A DNA stretch of 64,000 bases, taken from Bacteriovoracia bacterium. Lineage in GTDB: Bacteria > Bdellovibrionota > UBA1018 > JBFWNL01. The stretch spans positions 192,001-256,000 of the forward strand of contig JBFWNL010000004.1 of assembly GCA_050251055.1 (NCBI GenBank), in the 5' to 3' direction. The first letter of the stretch is position 1. Every line of letters begins with the position of its first letter. Made by a program: the position numbers and the translations under genes. Under the pieces are notes generated by a model. The model was not told where the DNA came from. It did not search any database and saw only the letters and a program-made list of their open reading frames with translations. Shown here one piece after another: positions 37,351 through 46,093 of the stretch.

Positions 37351-39543
37351 TCAAAGTAAAGCGACTTTCTGTTTTTGCGCTTGTTCAACACTTCCTTGCG
37401 ATTCGAAGCATGCGATCACTTGATTGAGATCCTTCCGAACAATTCTTTCGATCCAGTACATTCCTTCGGGATACTGTTCTTTAAAATGCTGTTTTTCATA
37501 TCCCGTGTTTAAAACGATTCGTTTGAATCCATAATTGTCGTAAAGATCGCGCGCATGCTCTTCGCCCTTCTCACCAAACCGTAGACGAGAATCAACTACG
37601 ATGACTTTATTTTTATCGAGTAGATGAAGATGTTCTCGCATTTCAGCAAAACTTCGATAGAAAAGAAGATTCTTTTTCTTTTCGCGGGCTAATTTTCTGA
37701 GATGGATTACATGAAGGTCGTCGTCGTCAATTACAACTCCATCAAAAGGTTGCGAAACCTCTAAGCGATTCACCGAGAAATCTATTTTTTCAAGCAGGAT
37801 TTTCGGCAAAAGCTTGATTCCTTTTCGATCACATTCATCCAAGAGACGTGAATTACCATAATTATGAGTCAGAAGAATTGATCGCTTTTCTAAACCGAAG
37901 CGTTCAATCGTATCTGTTCCTGTAATTTTTGCATCGCCGAGATCATAGTCCATGAAGACAAAATCCGATTGAGGAAAATTTGTCTCTTTAGCCCATGATT
38001 GAAAGCCCTCAAGGTCATGGAAAACAGTAGTTTCTATTTTGGGCGCCTGTCTTTTAATAAGATCATCGACCTTCTTTGCGAACTCTCTATCGTTTTCGAC
38101 AATAATTACCCGATGAAATCCATTCAAGCTCGTCGTTCCAACAAAAGAGCGTCGTGGCGCGTATTCCAAAAAAGCCAGGCGAATGGTTGTTCCTAGCCCT
38201 TCTTTAGATTCAATAGAAAGCTCGCCATCATCTTTTCGGACAATTTCAATCGCTTTGCTAAGACCTTTGCCTCGTCCTGCTCCACCTTTCGTTGAAAATC
38301 CGTACTGCTTTACGTCCTCTAAGAGTCCTTCGGGAATTCCGCAACCGGTATCTTCAATGAATATAGCGGCCAAATCGTTCGTTCTTTTCGTTGAGAGAGT
38401 GACACTTCCAGTTTCTTGGATGGATTCAACTGCATTATTCACAAGATTGGAAATAGCGGTTCCAAGTTCAACGGGATCTACCTTCACAAAAAGCCCAAGA
38501 TCGCTGGCTAAAAAATCAAAATGAATTTGCAGCCGATCCTGATGGCTGTACTCAATAGCTTTCAGTTCAACAAGATGGGCGATAAAAGCATCGAGTTGCA
38601 AAACGAAACTGCGTTCGACTTCATCAAGGCTCTCGGCTCCTACTTTCTGGAGCTGCTGCATTTTGACAGAAATATCGCTCGCCGCTTTCTGAAGGATGAG
38701 AAGATCATCTTCACCGATTTTTGAGCGAAGATTTTGGATCGAATGGAGCAAAATGCTCGTGTAAGATTTCAAATCATGAGCCAGTTGAGCCGCAAGCTTT
38801 CCGCGTTCCTCTTCGACCGACTGATTTAAAAGAGCTGATTGCTGCCGTTCAATACGATCCTGAAGTAAATCGAATTTATCTTTAATACTTTTTGTTTCGA
38901 CGAGCCTTTCTGATTCATAAGCGATCTTACTGTTCGAGTCGTTTCGGTCGAAATGCTCAATATAGTCACGCAGGTTTTCCAGAGGTTGGCTGATTCTTCT
39001 AAGTACAGCTTTCAAACGAAGGAGGAGAATCAAAAATAGGGCGATTGAGATAATGAGAGTCGTAAAAAACGTGTACCTAATGACTTGTTCCCGGATTGAA
39101 TTTGGAAAAGCCACTTTCACCGTAAAGTTTTCGGGACGATCTGGATACACAGAGAAAACTGACTGTTGAACGACGTAAGGAGATAAAAGAACATCGAGAT
39201 AACCCGTTTCCTTTAAATCTCGAATATCTCCACTTGCAAGTTCGGAAACAACCAACGGTCGAATCGCGTCGCCCGTGATGGCAATAGAGAGAACATCAGA
39301 GGTTTCGAGCGTTTTCGAAAGAATACCTCGAATCTCAATTTCATCGCCGATTTGAATTTTGGGCTTAATGATGGCTACCAATTGTTGCGTAAGAAGCCTG
39401 ATTTTACTGTGCTCACTATTTGAAAAGGCAACCGTAAGCACGCATGCGATCAAAGGCACTACTAGAAGAATCGAATAAACGAGAATGCCAAAAGAGGAAG
39501 AGCGAAATAAAAGTTGAAGAGTTTGGTGTTTATCTTTTCTCAT
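37351..39543 (-). CDS. membrane hybrid sensor histidine kinase with two C-terminal receiver-like domains
   Basis: Two TM helices with a periplasmic loop; H-box LAHDLKS, N-box NLVNNA, DTGCGI, GKGL; receiver-like RVIIVEND..FMDYDL and VVIDDD..VVDSRL. Confidence 0.9.
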   Translation of the reverse strand: MRKDKHQTLQLLFRSSSFGILVYSILLVVPLIACVLTVAFSNSEHSKIRLLTQQLVAIIKPKIQIGDEIEIRGILSKTLETSDVLSIAITGDAIRPLVVSELASGDIRDLKETGYLDVLLSPYVVQQSVFSVYPDRPENFTVKVAFPNSIREQVIRYTFFTTLIISIALFLILLLRLKAVLRRISQPLENLRDYIEHFDRNDSNSKIAYESERLVETKSIKDKFDLLQDRIERQQSALLNQSVEEERGKLAAQLAHDLKSYTSILLHSIQNLRSKIGEDDLLILQKAASDISVKMQQLQKVGAESLDEVERSFVLQLDAFIAHLVELKAIEYSHQDRLQIHFDFLASDLGLFVKVDPVELGTAISNLVNNAVESIQETGSVTLSTKRTNDLAAIFIEDTGCGIPEGLLEDVKQYGFSTKGGAGRGKGLSKAIEIVRKDDGELSIESKEGLGTTIRLAFLEYAPRRSFVGTTSLNGFHRVIIVENDREFAKKVDDLIKRQAPKIETTVFHDLEGFQSWAKETNFPQSDFVFMDYDLGDAKITGTDTIERFGLEKRSILLTHNYGNSRLLDECDRKGIKLLPKILLEKIDFSVNRLEVSQPFDGVVIDDDDLHVIHLRKLAREKKKNLLFYRSFAEMREHLHLLDKNKVIVVDSRLRFGEKGEEHARDLYDNYGFKRIVLNTGYEKQHFKEQYPEGMYWIERIVRKDLNQVIACFESQGSVEQAQKQKVALL

Positions 39544-40838
39544 TTTATTTCCTTTGCCATAGCCAAAGGACGTTCCAGCGAAATCGTTACGAATGAAAAC
39601 AGAAGGGACAGTATAACAACGGATACAAATGCTTCTTTTATAGATGGAGCTCCGTTTCTAAGCGTACTGATATAAAGACTGTATAATCCGACCCAGAGAT
39701 AACCGGGAATATTTTGAAAACTTAAGGCAGTCGCATAGTCTTGTCGTTTTACTTCTCCCATCAATTGATTCATCGACATATTTTGAATTGCGGACGTAGC
39801 AGTATGAAACAATGCGCCAAAAACAAAAATATAAGTGATCTGCACAAATACCGGAGTGTTCCCATAAAGGGCCAAGTACCCAAGGCTCATAACAAGAGTG
39901 AGCCCATAAAAAATGAGAAGATACTGTCTTGGAGTTACACACCGAATGAGCACTGGCAATAAATGTCCTTTTAAAATCCATCCGAACGCCGAGTAGCCGA
40001 GCATAAATGCCGCCATGAACGACCACTGAATGAGTTCAGCGCTTTGGTTATGCTCTCGACCTAACGATAGGGGGAGATAGCCAGCAATTATGACAGTCAT
40101 CATCCAGAACGAAAGATTGTAGATCGTCGCAATTTTTGCGCGAGGTGCTAAAAAGGTCACTTTAAAAATGTCTTTAAGAGGCGACACATGGAGCTGTTTG
40201 TCGCGATCTCCGAGTTGAAGATAATCCCGCCACAACGTCACAATACACGAAGCGTAGAGAGCGATGCCTATGAGAAATGTATGAGGAAGCCACTGCTTCT
40301 GTTCGAACACCCATGCCAAAGCGAAAGCCGCGATAACAGCAATCGTCGTAAAATATTTTCCGTAGTTTTGACTCGTAGTCAAACTCGTTGCAGCTACCTT
40401 CTCGTGATCATCATTCAAGCAACGCACCTTTATCGCATCCTGGTAAAAGGCTTCAATGGAACCAGAGCTAAGGGGCTTTGCTATTCCAATGAGAATTCCA
40501 TGAGCAATGAAAAGAATTCGCGCCATCGCACCATCGAAAACAAGCGCTACATACACACAGGCGAGCCCACTCATCACGAGTAACAAACTCAAAATGATAG
40601 AAGGAATTCGTCCAATGCGATCAGATATATAACCGCAAGGAACCTCTAGTAAGCCATTCAGTGTGAATTCAATAAGAGTAACGAGAGCTACGGTGTCTGC
40701 GGGAACCCCAAAGGAAAGCGCGAGGACACCAACAATTACTCGAAACAAAACGGAGTTGAATTGTACCGCCGCTGCATAGAGCGCGCGAAAGACTCCGAGG
40801 CGAATCAAAATGTCATGCACTGACATTTCTTGTTTCAT
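39540..40838 (-). CDS. MFS transporter (putative peptide exporter)
   Basis: LEVPCGYISDRIGR MFS motif A, SGSIEAFYQD; about 12 TM helices. Confidence 0.85.
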   Translation of the reverse strand: MKQEMSVHDILIRLGVFRALYAAAVQFNSVLFRVIVGVLALSFGVPADTVALVTLIEFTLNGLLEVPCGYISDRIGRIPSIILSLLLVMSGLACVYVALVFDGAMARILFIAHGILIGIAKPLSSGSIEAFYQDAIKVRCLNDDHEKVAATSLTTSQNYGKYFTTIAVIAAFALAWVFEQKQWLPHTFLIGIALYASCIVTLWRDYLQLGDRDKQLHVSPLKDIFKVTFLAPRAKIATIYNLSFWMMTVIIAGYLPLSLGREHNQSAELIQWSFMAAFMLGYSAFGWILKGHLLPVLIRCVTPRQYLLIFYGLTLVMSLGYLALYGNTPVFVQITYIFVFGALFHTATSAIQNMSMNQLMGEVKRQDYATALSFQNIPGYLWVGLYSLYISTLRNGAPSIKEAFVSVVILSLLFSFVTISLERPLAMAKEIK

Positions 40839-41689
40839 CGTGCGCTCACCCTCGACGAAGGAGATTTCGAGTCTAACAACTCGTCTCGAATGATATGAAT
40901 AATGTCTGTGATATGCTCATCAAACCTGAGAAGGCCGCGCCCGCAAATAGTTTCGTAATCTTTTTGGAAAGTCGACGTGAATCTTTCAAGAATTCGATAA
41001 GCGCCTTGGTCATACTTTCGATCAATCTTCTTACTTCTTAAAATTCGAAGAGCTAAGCCAAGCATACACGCTTGAGCAAAGGCACCATGATAAATGCCAA
41101 TCAGGGGTCGATCAATATCCCGAATCGCAGAGTATCTTGTTTCATCCCAAGGCTGGTCAAAGATTTCTTGCTCGTCGTGCGTGGTAATTACGATGTTTAA
41201 ATAATGATGTCCAAGCTCATGGACTAAAATTTCAGCCCACTTTACGGGGCAATCACTATCCATCCGATAGAGAATTTGGCCAAACGTTTGTGGATCTGAA
41301 GCAGATTCGAAGGGATCATCTATTGTGGTCTGCGCCAAACGAGGCTGAATGGCTTTAACAATTTTAAAGTATTCAGGCCACGTAGACGCGATCAGACTGA
41401 TTGCTTCCTGATAGATTTTTTCTTTTTCCGAGTAGATTTCACTTTCATGAGATCGGAAAATATCATTTCCAGTGACTAGCTTCCTGCGCTTTTGATCACG
41501 CAAGAATAGCTCACCCCACTGTTTAGATCTATTGAGATCTTCAGCCGAAAAATAACACGAGGACACAATCGGTAGACTTAATTTCGAAAGGTCTATTTTT
41601 GAAATTTCTGGCCGGGAAGAGAGAATCGCACGAACTCCCTCTTCCCGCAGAAACTCGACATAGGAACTGATCATTCCCAAGTCAAACAT
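40835..41689 (-). CDS. aKG-HExxH peptide-modifying enzyme
   Basis: EILVHELGHHYL plus downstream YSAIRDIDRPLIGIYHGAF; probable start ATG 41689 after the peptide ORF. Confidence 0.82.
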   Translation of the reverse strand: MFDLGMISSYVEFLREEGVRAILSSRPEISKIDLSKLSLPIVSSCYFSAEDLNRSKQWGELFLRDQKRRKLVTGNDIFRSHESEIYSEKEKIYQEAISLIASTWPEYFKIVKAIQPRLAQTTIDDPFESASDPQTFGQILYRMDSDCPVKWAEILVHELGHHYLNIVITTHDEQEIFDQPWDETRYSAIRDIDRPLIGIYHGAFAQACMLGLALRILRSKKIDRKYDQGAYRILERFTSTFQKDYETICGRGLLRFDEHITDIIHIIRDELLDSKSPSSRVSAR

Positions 41690-41700
41690 CTTCGAAACTC

Positions 41701-41778
41701 TTAGTAACTTGCGCGAGCTTCGCCGATTAGTTTGTTCCTGAGAATCGCGAGATTGAACGAGCGCTTTCTGTTTTTCAT
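41701..41778 (-). CDS. 25-aa putative precursor/pheromone peptide MKNRKRSFNLAILRNKLIGEARASY
   Basis: Read manually: AAAGGAGG RBS 8 nt before ATG 41778, TAA at 41701-41703, 11 nt before the HExxH start. Confidence 0.75.
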   Translation of the reverse strand: MKNRKRSFNLAILRNKLIGEARASY

Positions 41779-41811
41779 GGCTTTTGCCTCCTTTCATTTG
41801 ATTGACGTTTT

Positions 41812-43308
41812 TCATTTACGCACCAGATTCGCAATTTGAACGTCCTGGTACGAAAAGTCCCAAAACTTCACACTCATATTTTCCGAGTTCTTCACGGATA
41901 GCCCTCGGCGGTACCAGGTGGTGAACACGGGATAGAACAAAGGAATCGCAGGAATATCTGCAAAGAAAGTATCTTCCATTTGGTGTAGCACTCTGAGCTG
42001 GTGATCTTTCGCCGTTTGGTTCTCATAATCAATGAGCAAACGATTGAGCGTAGGACTGTAATAGCCAGAAAACTTTTCAATTATTCTTCCGAGGTAGCCA
42101 TCAAAGGTCGTAGATGGGTCAAAATTAATCGGAGAATCACCTTTCAGGATCATATGGAGATGACCCTCGCGAAATCCGCGAAGTACATCGTTAAATGGTA
42201 GAAACTGAACCTGGAGGTTTAGGCCGATGTCTTTGAACCGACCAACAAGGTATTTTTCAACCGCCATGTTCCCTTTAAATTTTTCTCGCGCGCCTAAAAC
42301 GACATTGCGTTCTTGAAGCGTCGTATTTTTTTCGATTAAAGCTCTCGCCATTTCAAGATCGATAAGATGACGTTTCTCGCGATGGCCCACATATCCACGC
42401 GGAATCATGCCGCCAGCGGGAATATCTTCTCCTCCTGCATATTCATGGAAAGCAATCGGATCGATGACGCTTGCGACAGCAAGCCGATTTTCCTTTTTCC
42501 GAAATATGCCGTGTTTGAAAGAAAAGACTAGAGCGTAAGTTCCAGCAATTTTCTGACTGTAAGAAAGTCCTTTCGGTAAAACCGATCGATTAACCTGTGA
42601 TTCAACGTCCGTAATCGTATCGAGCTCTTCCTTCAAGAACTTATTGATGGCTGTTTCAGAGTCTAATTTTTGGTAAATGATCTTTTGGAACTTCGCTCGC
42701 GCATCAAATCGTTCAGCGATGATTTGATCATCTCCAATTCGCACGATCTTGTAAGGACCGGTTCCCAAATAGTTCCCGTCCATCTTTTTAACGATGCAGC
42801 CCTTAGCGCTTGCCAATTTTTTCATTAGCAAAGGATAGTTCTTATTTTGAATCCGAATAACAAATCGAGAGTCATCGAGTGTTTGAAATCCATCACATGA
42901 TGTGCGTTGTATGCAGCCCCCAAGAGCCTTGAATTGTGAAAGGATTTCGTTTTTGTTTTTGAAAGCTTCAAGAATTGAATTTAGGACGTCTTGCGATCGA
43001 ACTGGAGAACCGTCATGAAACCGCTTGTTTCTATCAATCTCGAATTCAATCTCATTCGTCTCACGGCGAATTGTCCAACGAGAAGCAACCTCGGGGATGG
43101 GCGAAAGACTTTCATCCACGCCAACCAGGTGCTCAAATACATTATCAATCACCTTATTCGCATTGATTTCGTTCCCGCGCTTAAGCTCAAGATCGGGAAT
43201 CGCCGTAATCGGCACTCTAAGTACCGTGTTCGATGACACGGAATCGTTTTCCTGCGTACAGGCAGAAAATATTCCTATTGCTAAAGAAAAAAACAGAAGT
43301 AAGCGCAT
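41812..43308 (-). CDS. family-5 (oligopeptide-type) solute-binding lipoprotein, no cognate permease
   Basis: Lipobox FSAC, VFEHLV, FHDGSPVRSQDV, GTGPYKI, IPAIPLFY. Confidence 0.88.
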   Translation of the reverse strand: MRLLLFFSLAIGIFSACTQENDSVSSNTVLRVPITAIPDLELKRGNEINANKVIDNVFEHLVGVDESLSPIPEVASRWTIRRETNEIEFEIDRNKRFHDGSPVRSQDVLNSILEAFKNKNEILSQFKALGGCIQRTSCDGFQTLDDSRFVIRIQNKNYPLLMKKLASAKGCIVKKMDGNYLGTGPYKIVRIGDDQIIAERFDARAKFQKIIYQKLDSETAINKFLKEELDTITDVESQVNRSVLPKGLSYSQKIAGTYALVFSFKHGIFRKKENRLAVASVIDPIAFHEYAGGEDIPAGGMIPRGYVGHREKRHLIDLEMARALIEKNTTLQERNVVLGAREKFKGNMAVEKYLVGRFKDIGLNLQVQFLPFNDVLRGFREGHLHMILKGDSPINFDPSTTFDGYLGRIIEKFSGYYSPTLNRLLIDYENQTAKDHQLRVLHQMEDTFFADIPAIPLFYPVFTTWYRRGLSVKNSENMSVKFWDFSYQDVQIANLVRK

Positions 43309-43311
43309 AAG

Positions 43312-43530
43312 TTATTCGCCCACCTCTTTGAAATTACATTTGAGTTGACCCCACTTTTCCAAAAGCTGATCGCCTCGACGGCAGGCGAGATTGAGTACAG
43401 TTTCACAATACTCAGGATCGTTGGTTAAGTTGGCACGAACCTGCTCAATCGTTGAAATAATGGAATGAAGATCAGCTTGAAAATCATGAATCATGTCTTC
43501 TGCTGAGAGTTTATTTTTCGCCATCATCAC
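43312..43530 (-). CDS. small stand-alone HisKA/DHp-like protein
   Basis: MIHDFQADLHSII resembles the H-box LAHDLKSYTSIL of the kinase in this operon; coupled to the RR gene. Confidence 0.55.
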   Translation of the reverse strand: MMMAKNKLSAEDMIHDFQADLHSIISTIEQVRANLTNDPEYCETVLNLACRRGDQLLEKWGQLKCNFKEVGE

Positions 43531-44897
43531 AACTCGGCCTCCTTCAATTCATCGAGAAGACTGGTAACCTTCTTTTGTGAATAACCTAAGTGCCGCATGA
43601 GAGGACGAATGGGACGATCCTTCCCAAGCTTTCTCCGGAAATGATCTGCAACTTCTTTCTCCAGTTCAGCGAGAAACGCTTTAAGACCAACCTCTTCGAC
43701 GTACTTGATCTGTCGTTCGGTCAGGAGATTGTAAGCATGCTTGCCCGGATATGAGTTTGTTGCAATTTTATGAGGAAGATCTTCAACAGAAAATACAGGC
43801 TTTTTTGTTTTCGCTTTGGACTTCCAAAATTCAAAAAATTCTCTCTCGTTACCCGGCCAATCGTATTCGAGCAGCGCTTTCTTAGCACTTGGTCGGATCG
43901 CCATTCCACGGCCTTCTCCAAAATTCTTCTGCACATGATTAAGGAGAAGTTCAATATCCTGGCGACGTTCTTTGAGCGGTTTGAACTTTACCGTGACCCC
44001 CGAGATGCGATTAAAGAAATCTTCACGAAATTGTTTAGCAGAAATTTTTTCGTGTAATTCTTCGCATGTCGCCGTGATGAGCTTGAAATCAGAATAAAGT
44101 CGCTCGTTTGATCCAACAGGTGAGAAATGTCCGTTTGCCAATGGAACAAGAAGAGTGTGTTGCATACGAGTGCCAATCGTTCCGATTTCGTCAATAAAGA
44201 GCGTTCCTTGATCAGCCTGCGCAATTTTTCCGATTCGCTTTTTATGTGCTCCCGTGAAAGCGCCGTCGACATGCCCAAGCAATTCGGATTGCAGCAATGT
44301 ATCGGACAAACTATTCGCGTTGATTTCGACAAAGCGATCCTTATGACCGTGCCATCCTTCATGCAATATTTCGGCTAAAACGCTTTTGCCTACGCCGGAA
44401 GGACCCGTGATGAGAATAGGTAACTTTTTAATTCCCATGCTCTCGACAAGAATATCAAACTGCTGAAGATGATCGGGGTCTTGGGTAATCATCTTTTGAG
44501 CAATGAGTTTACGAAGTCTCGTCTTCTGTGATGAACCACGATAGTTCAAAAGAATTTCATCAACGGCTGTGGCCTTAAAAGGTTTCGTTAAATAGTCATC
44601 GCATTCTTTTCCGTATCCTTCTTCCACATAAGCTTCTTCGCGATGGCCCGAAAGAATAACGCTGTAAACGCCCTTCTTCTTGAGAAGCGGAATCAGATCG
44701 AAACCGGCTCTTCGTTCATCGAGATCAAGATCAACGAACGAAAGATCGAACTGTCCGTTTGAAATTTTGTCGAGAGCCTGAGCCTTGGAGGCAGCCTGTT
44801 GAATTTCGTGACCTTGATTAGAAAGCTGCTTCGCAAGATTGTGTCGATGCAGATCATCATCTTCGACAACTAAAATTTTTAACGACGATTGTTTCAC
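43527..44897 (-). CDS. sigma-54-dependent response regulator (NtrC-family enhancer-binding protein)
   Basis: Receiver ILVVEDD..FVDLDL..KPF; Walker A GPSGVGKS; GAFTGA loop; LFIDEIG; FREDFFNRI; WPGN. Confidence 0.93.
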   Translation of the reverse strand: MKQSSLKILVVEDDDLHRHNLAKQLSNQGHEIQQAASKAQALDKISNGQFDLSFVDLDLDERRAGFDLIPLLKKKGVYSVILSGHREEAYVEEGYGKECDDYLTKPFKATAVDEILLNYRGSSQKTRLRKLIAQKMITQDPDHLQQFDILVESMGIKKLPILITGPSGVGKSVLAEILHEGWHGHKDRFVEINANSLSDTLLQSELLGHVDGAFTGAHKKRIGKIAQADQGTLFIDEIGTIGTRMQHTLLVPLANGHFSPVGSNERLYSDFKLITATCEELHEKISAKQFREDFFNRISGVTVKFKPLKERRQDIELLLNHVQKNFGEGRGMAIRPSAKKALLEYDWPGNEREFFEFWKSKAKTKKPVFSVEDLPHKIATNSYPGKHAYNLLTERQIKYVEEVGLKAFLAELEKEVADHFRRKLGKDRPIRPLMRHLGYSQKKVTSLLDELKEAEL

Positions 44898-44958
44898 TAC
44901 TCAGACACTCCAAACTTTCGATTACGCGTAGCACAAAATTTTTAGTCTCCAAAATAAA

Positions 44959-44992
44959 TTCGTATCACTACACGTATTACTAGTGATACGAA
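44959..44992. promoter_or_regulatory. perfect 12-bp inverted repeat, candidate enhancer (UAS) for the sigma-54 activator
   Basis: TTCGTATCACTA-N10-TAGTGATACGAA, about 110-140 bp upstream of the sigma-54 site. Confidence 0.65.
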
Positions 44993-45099
44993 ATCGAGCA
45001 TCCGCAAACCCGCATTCTATCTGACTCAGAGAAGACAAGATCATGAATCTACAGACTTTTTAAGAAGTTGTGGCTTCGACCAGCATCACTTTTCTTGCT

Positions 45100-45115
45100 C
45101 GGCATAAAAAATGCG
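45100..45115 (+). promoter_or_regulatory. sigma-54 (-24/-12) promoter facing the transfer region
   Basis: CGGCATAAAAAATGCG: GG at 45101-2, GC at 45113-4, 10-nt spacer; 45 bp before ATG 45160. Confidence 0.65.
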
Positions 45116-45159
45116 ATTGACTCCCTTTGTGTCGAAAAAAATCAAAAGGAGTAAGAGCA

Positions 45160-45369
45160 ATGGAACTTCAATACGGACAAACCAAAAATCAGAACCAGAT
45201 CAAGAAACCCTCGGACATTTTCAAACACTGTCCTCACTGCAAAAGTCGCGACCAATTTCGATTTGATGGCGAAGTCTTTTGCAATTCGTGCGGATGGAAC
45301 AGTGTCCTTGTGAGTGCGGAGTGTTCCTACGGTGTCGCTTCTCGAATGAGAAAGCCACTTCCATCATAA
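45160..45369 (+). CDS. small zinc-ribbon protein
   Basis: CPHC...CNSCGW; AAGGAG RBS. Confidence 0.65.
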   Translation: MELQYGQTKNQNQIKKPSDIFKHCPHCKSRDQFRFDGEVFCNSCGWNSVLVSAECSYGVASRMRKPLPS

Positions 45370-45384
45370 GCCGCACGCACTTCA

Positions 45385-45424
45385 CCTTTCACTAAATAGG
45401 GAAAACAACAGTCAGTACAGACAG
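45385..45424 (-). promoter_or_regulatory. conserved motif, copy A (faces the signalling operon)
   Basis: Minus strand reads CTGTCTGTACTGACTG-TTGTTTT-CCCTATTTAGTGAAAGG, nearly identical to copy B. Confidence 0.55.
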
Positions 45425-45451
45425 TGGTCATCAGACCTAAGGAGCTAATGC

Positions 45452-45988
45452 GTGAAAAATAATGATCAATTTCATAACTCGAAAATAAACCAAACAGACA
45501 TTCCATGGAAAGACGCGAACGGAAATCTAAAACCAGATAAAGAAATTAAAAAAATGGCAGCCCAGTGGAAAGCGTCTACTTGGGAGGCTTTTTTGGCAGA
45601 CACTGGAATGTCAGAAAACATTGGAAGTGATACTGAAAACGAAGTTTTGATAGCAGATACTGCGGGCTACGAAAGATTTTCTGCGGATGAATCCCTTAGC
45701 AGTCTTTTATCCGACATCGAATCTTTCCCAAGAGTCGCGAAAAGCTTAAAGAAAGCAATCTCGAAACTTTCTCCTCGGCAAAAGGAACTCGTCGGGCTGT
45801 ATTATTGGGAAGGTCTCTCACAGATGCAAATTGCTGCCACTCTTGGGATCACCCAGCAGACAGTAAGCATCCAACTCGTCCGAGCCATTCAGAGACTGCG
45901 CATCGAGATATTTCTCGGAATCAAATCTGACTCGCCGGCGCCTGAAAAATCTCAATCCGAGCATTCTGTCTGTATGCAAATTGGATAA
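45452..45988 (+). CDS. sigma-70 region-4 domain regulator
   Basis: AISKLSPRQKELVGLYYWEGLSQMQIAATLGITQQTVSIQLVRAIQRLR; no region 2 recognised. Confidence 0.85.
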   Translation: MKNNDQFHNSKINQTDIPWKDANGNLKPDKEIKKMAAQWKASTWEAFLADTGMSENIGSDTENEVLIADTAGYERFSADESLSSLLSDIESFPRVAKSLKKAISKLSPRQKELVGLYYWEGLSQMQIAATLGITQQTVSIQLVRAIQRLRIEIFLGIKSDSPAPEKSQSEHSVCMQIG

Positions 45989-46020
45989 GAGAAATAATTC
46001 CAACGAGTTGGGTGGTGGGC

Positions 46021-46059
46021 CTGTCTGTACAGACTGTGCATTCCCCCTATTAGTAGAGG
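46021..46059 (+). promoter_or_regulatory. conserved motif, copy B (faces the tra operon)
   Basis: CTGTCTGTACAGACTG-TGCATTCC-CCCTATTAGTAGAGG, 34 bp before ATG 46094. Confidence 0.55.
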
Positions 46060-46093
46060 CCCATCACTTCAACTTCAAATCAGAGGAGACTCA

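Noticed and set aside
41690-41815. 42-aa N-terminal extension of the HExxH ORF
   Set aside because: Low-complexity sequence; the strong RBS serves the overlapping 25-aa peptide frame instead (not formally excluded)
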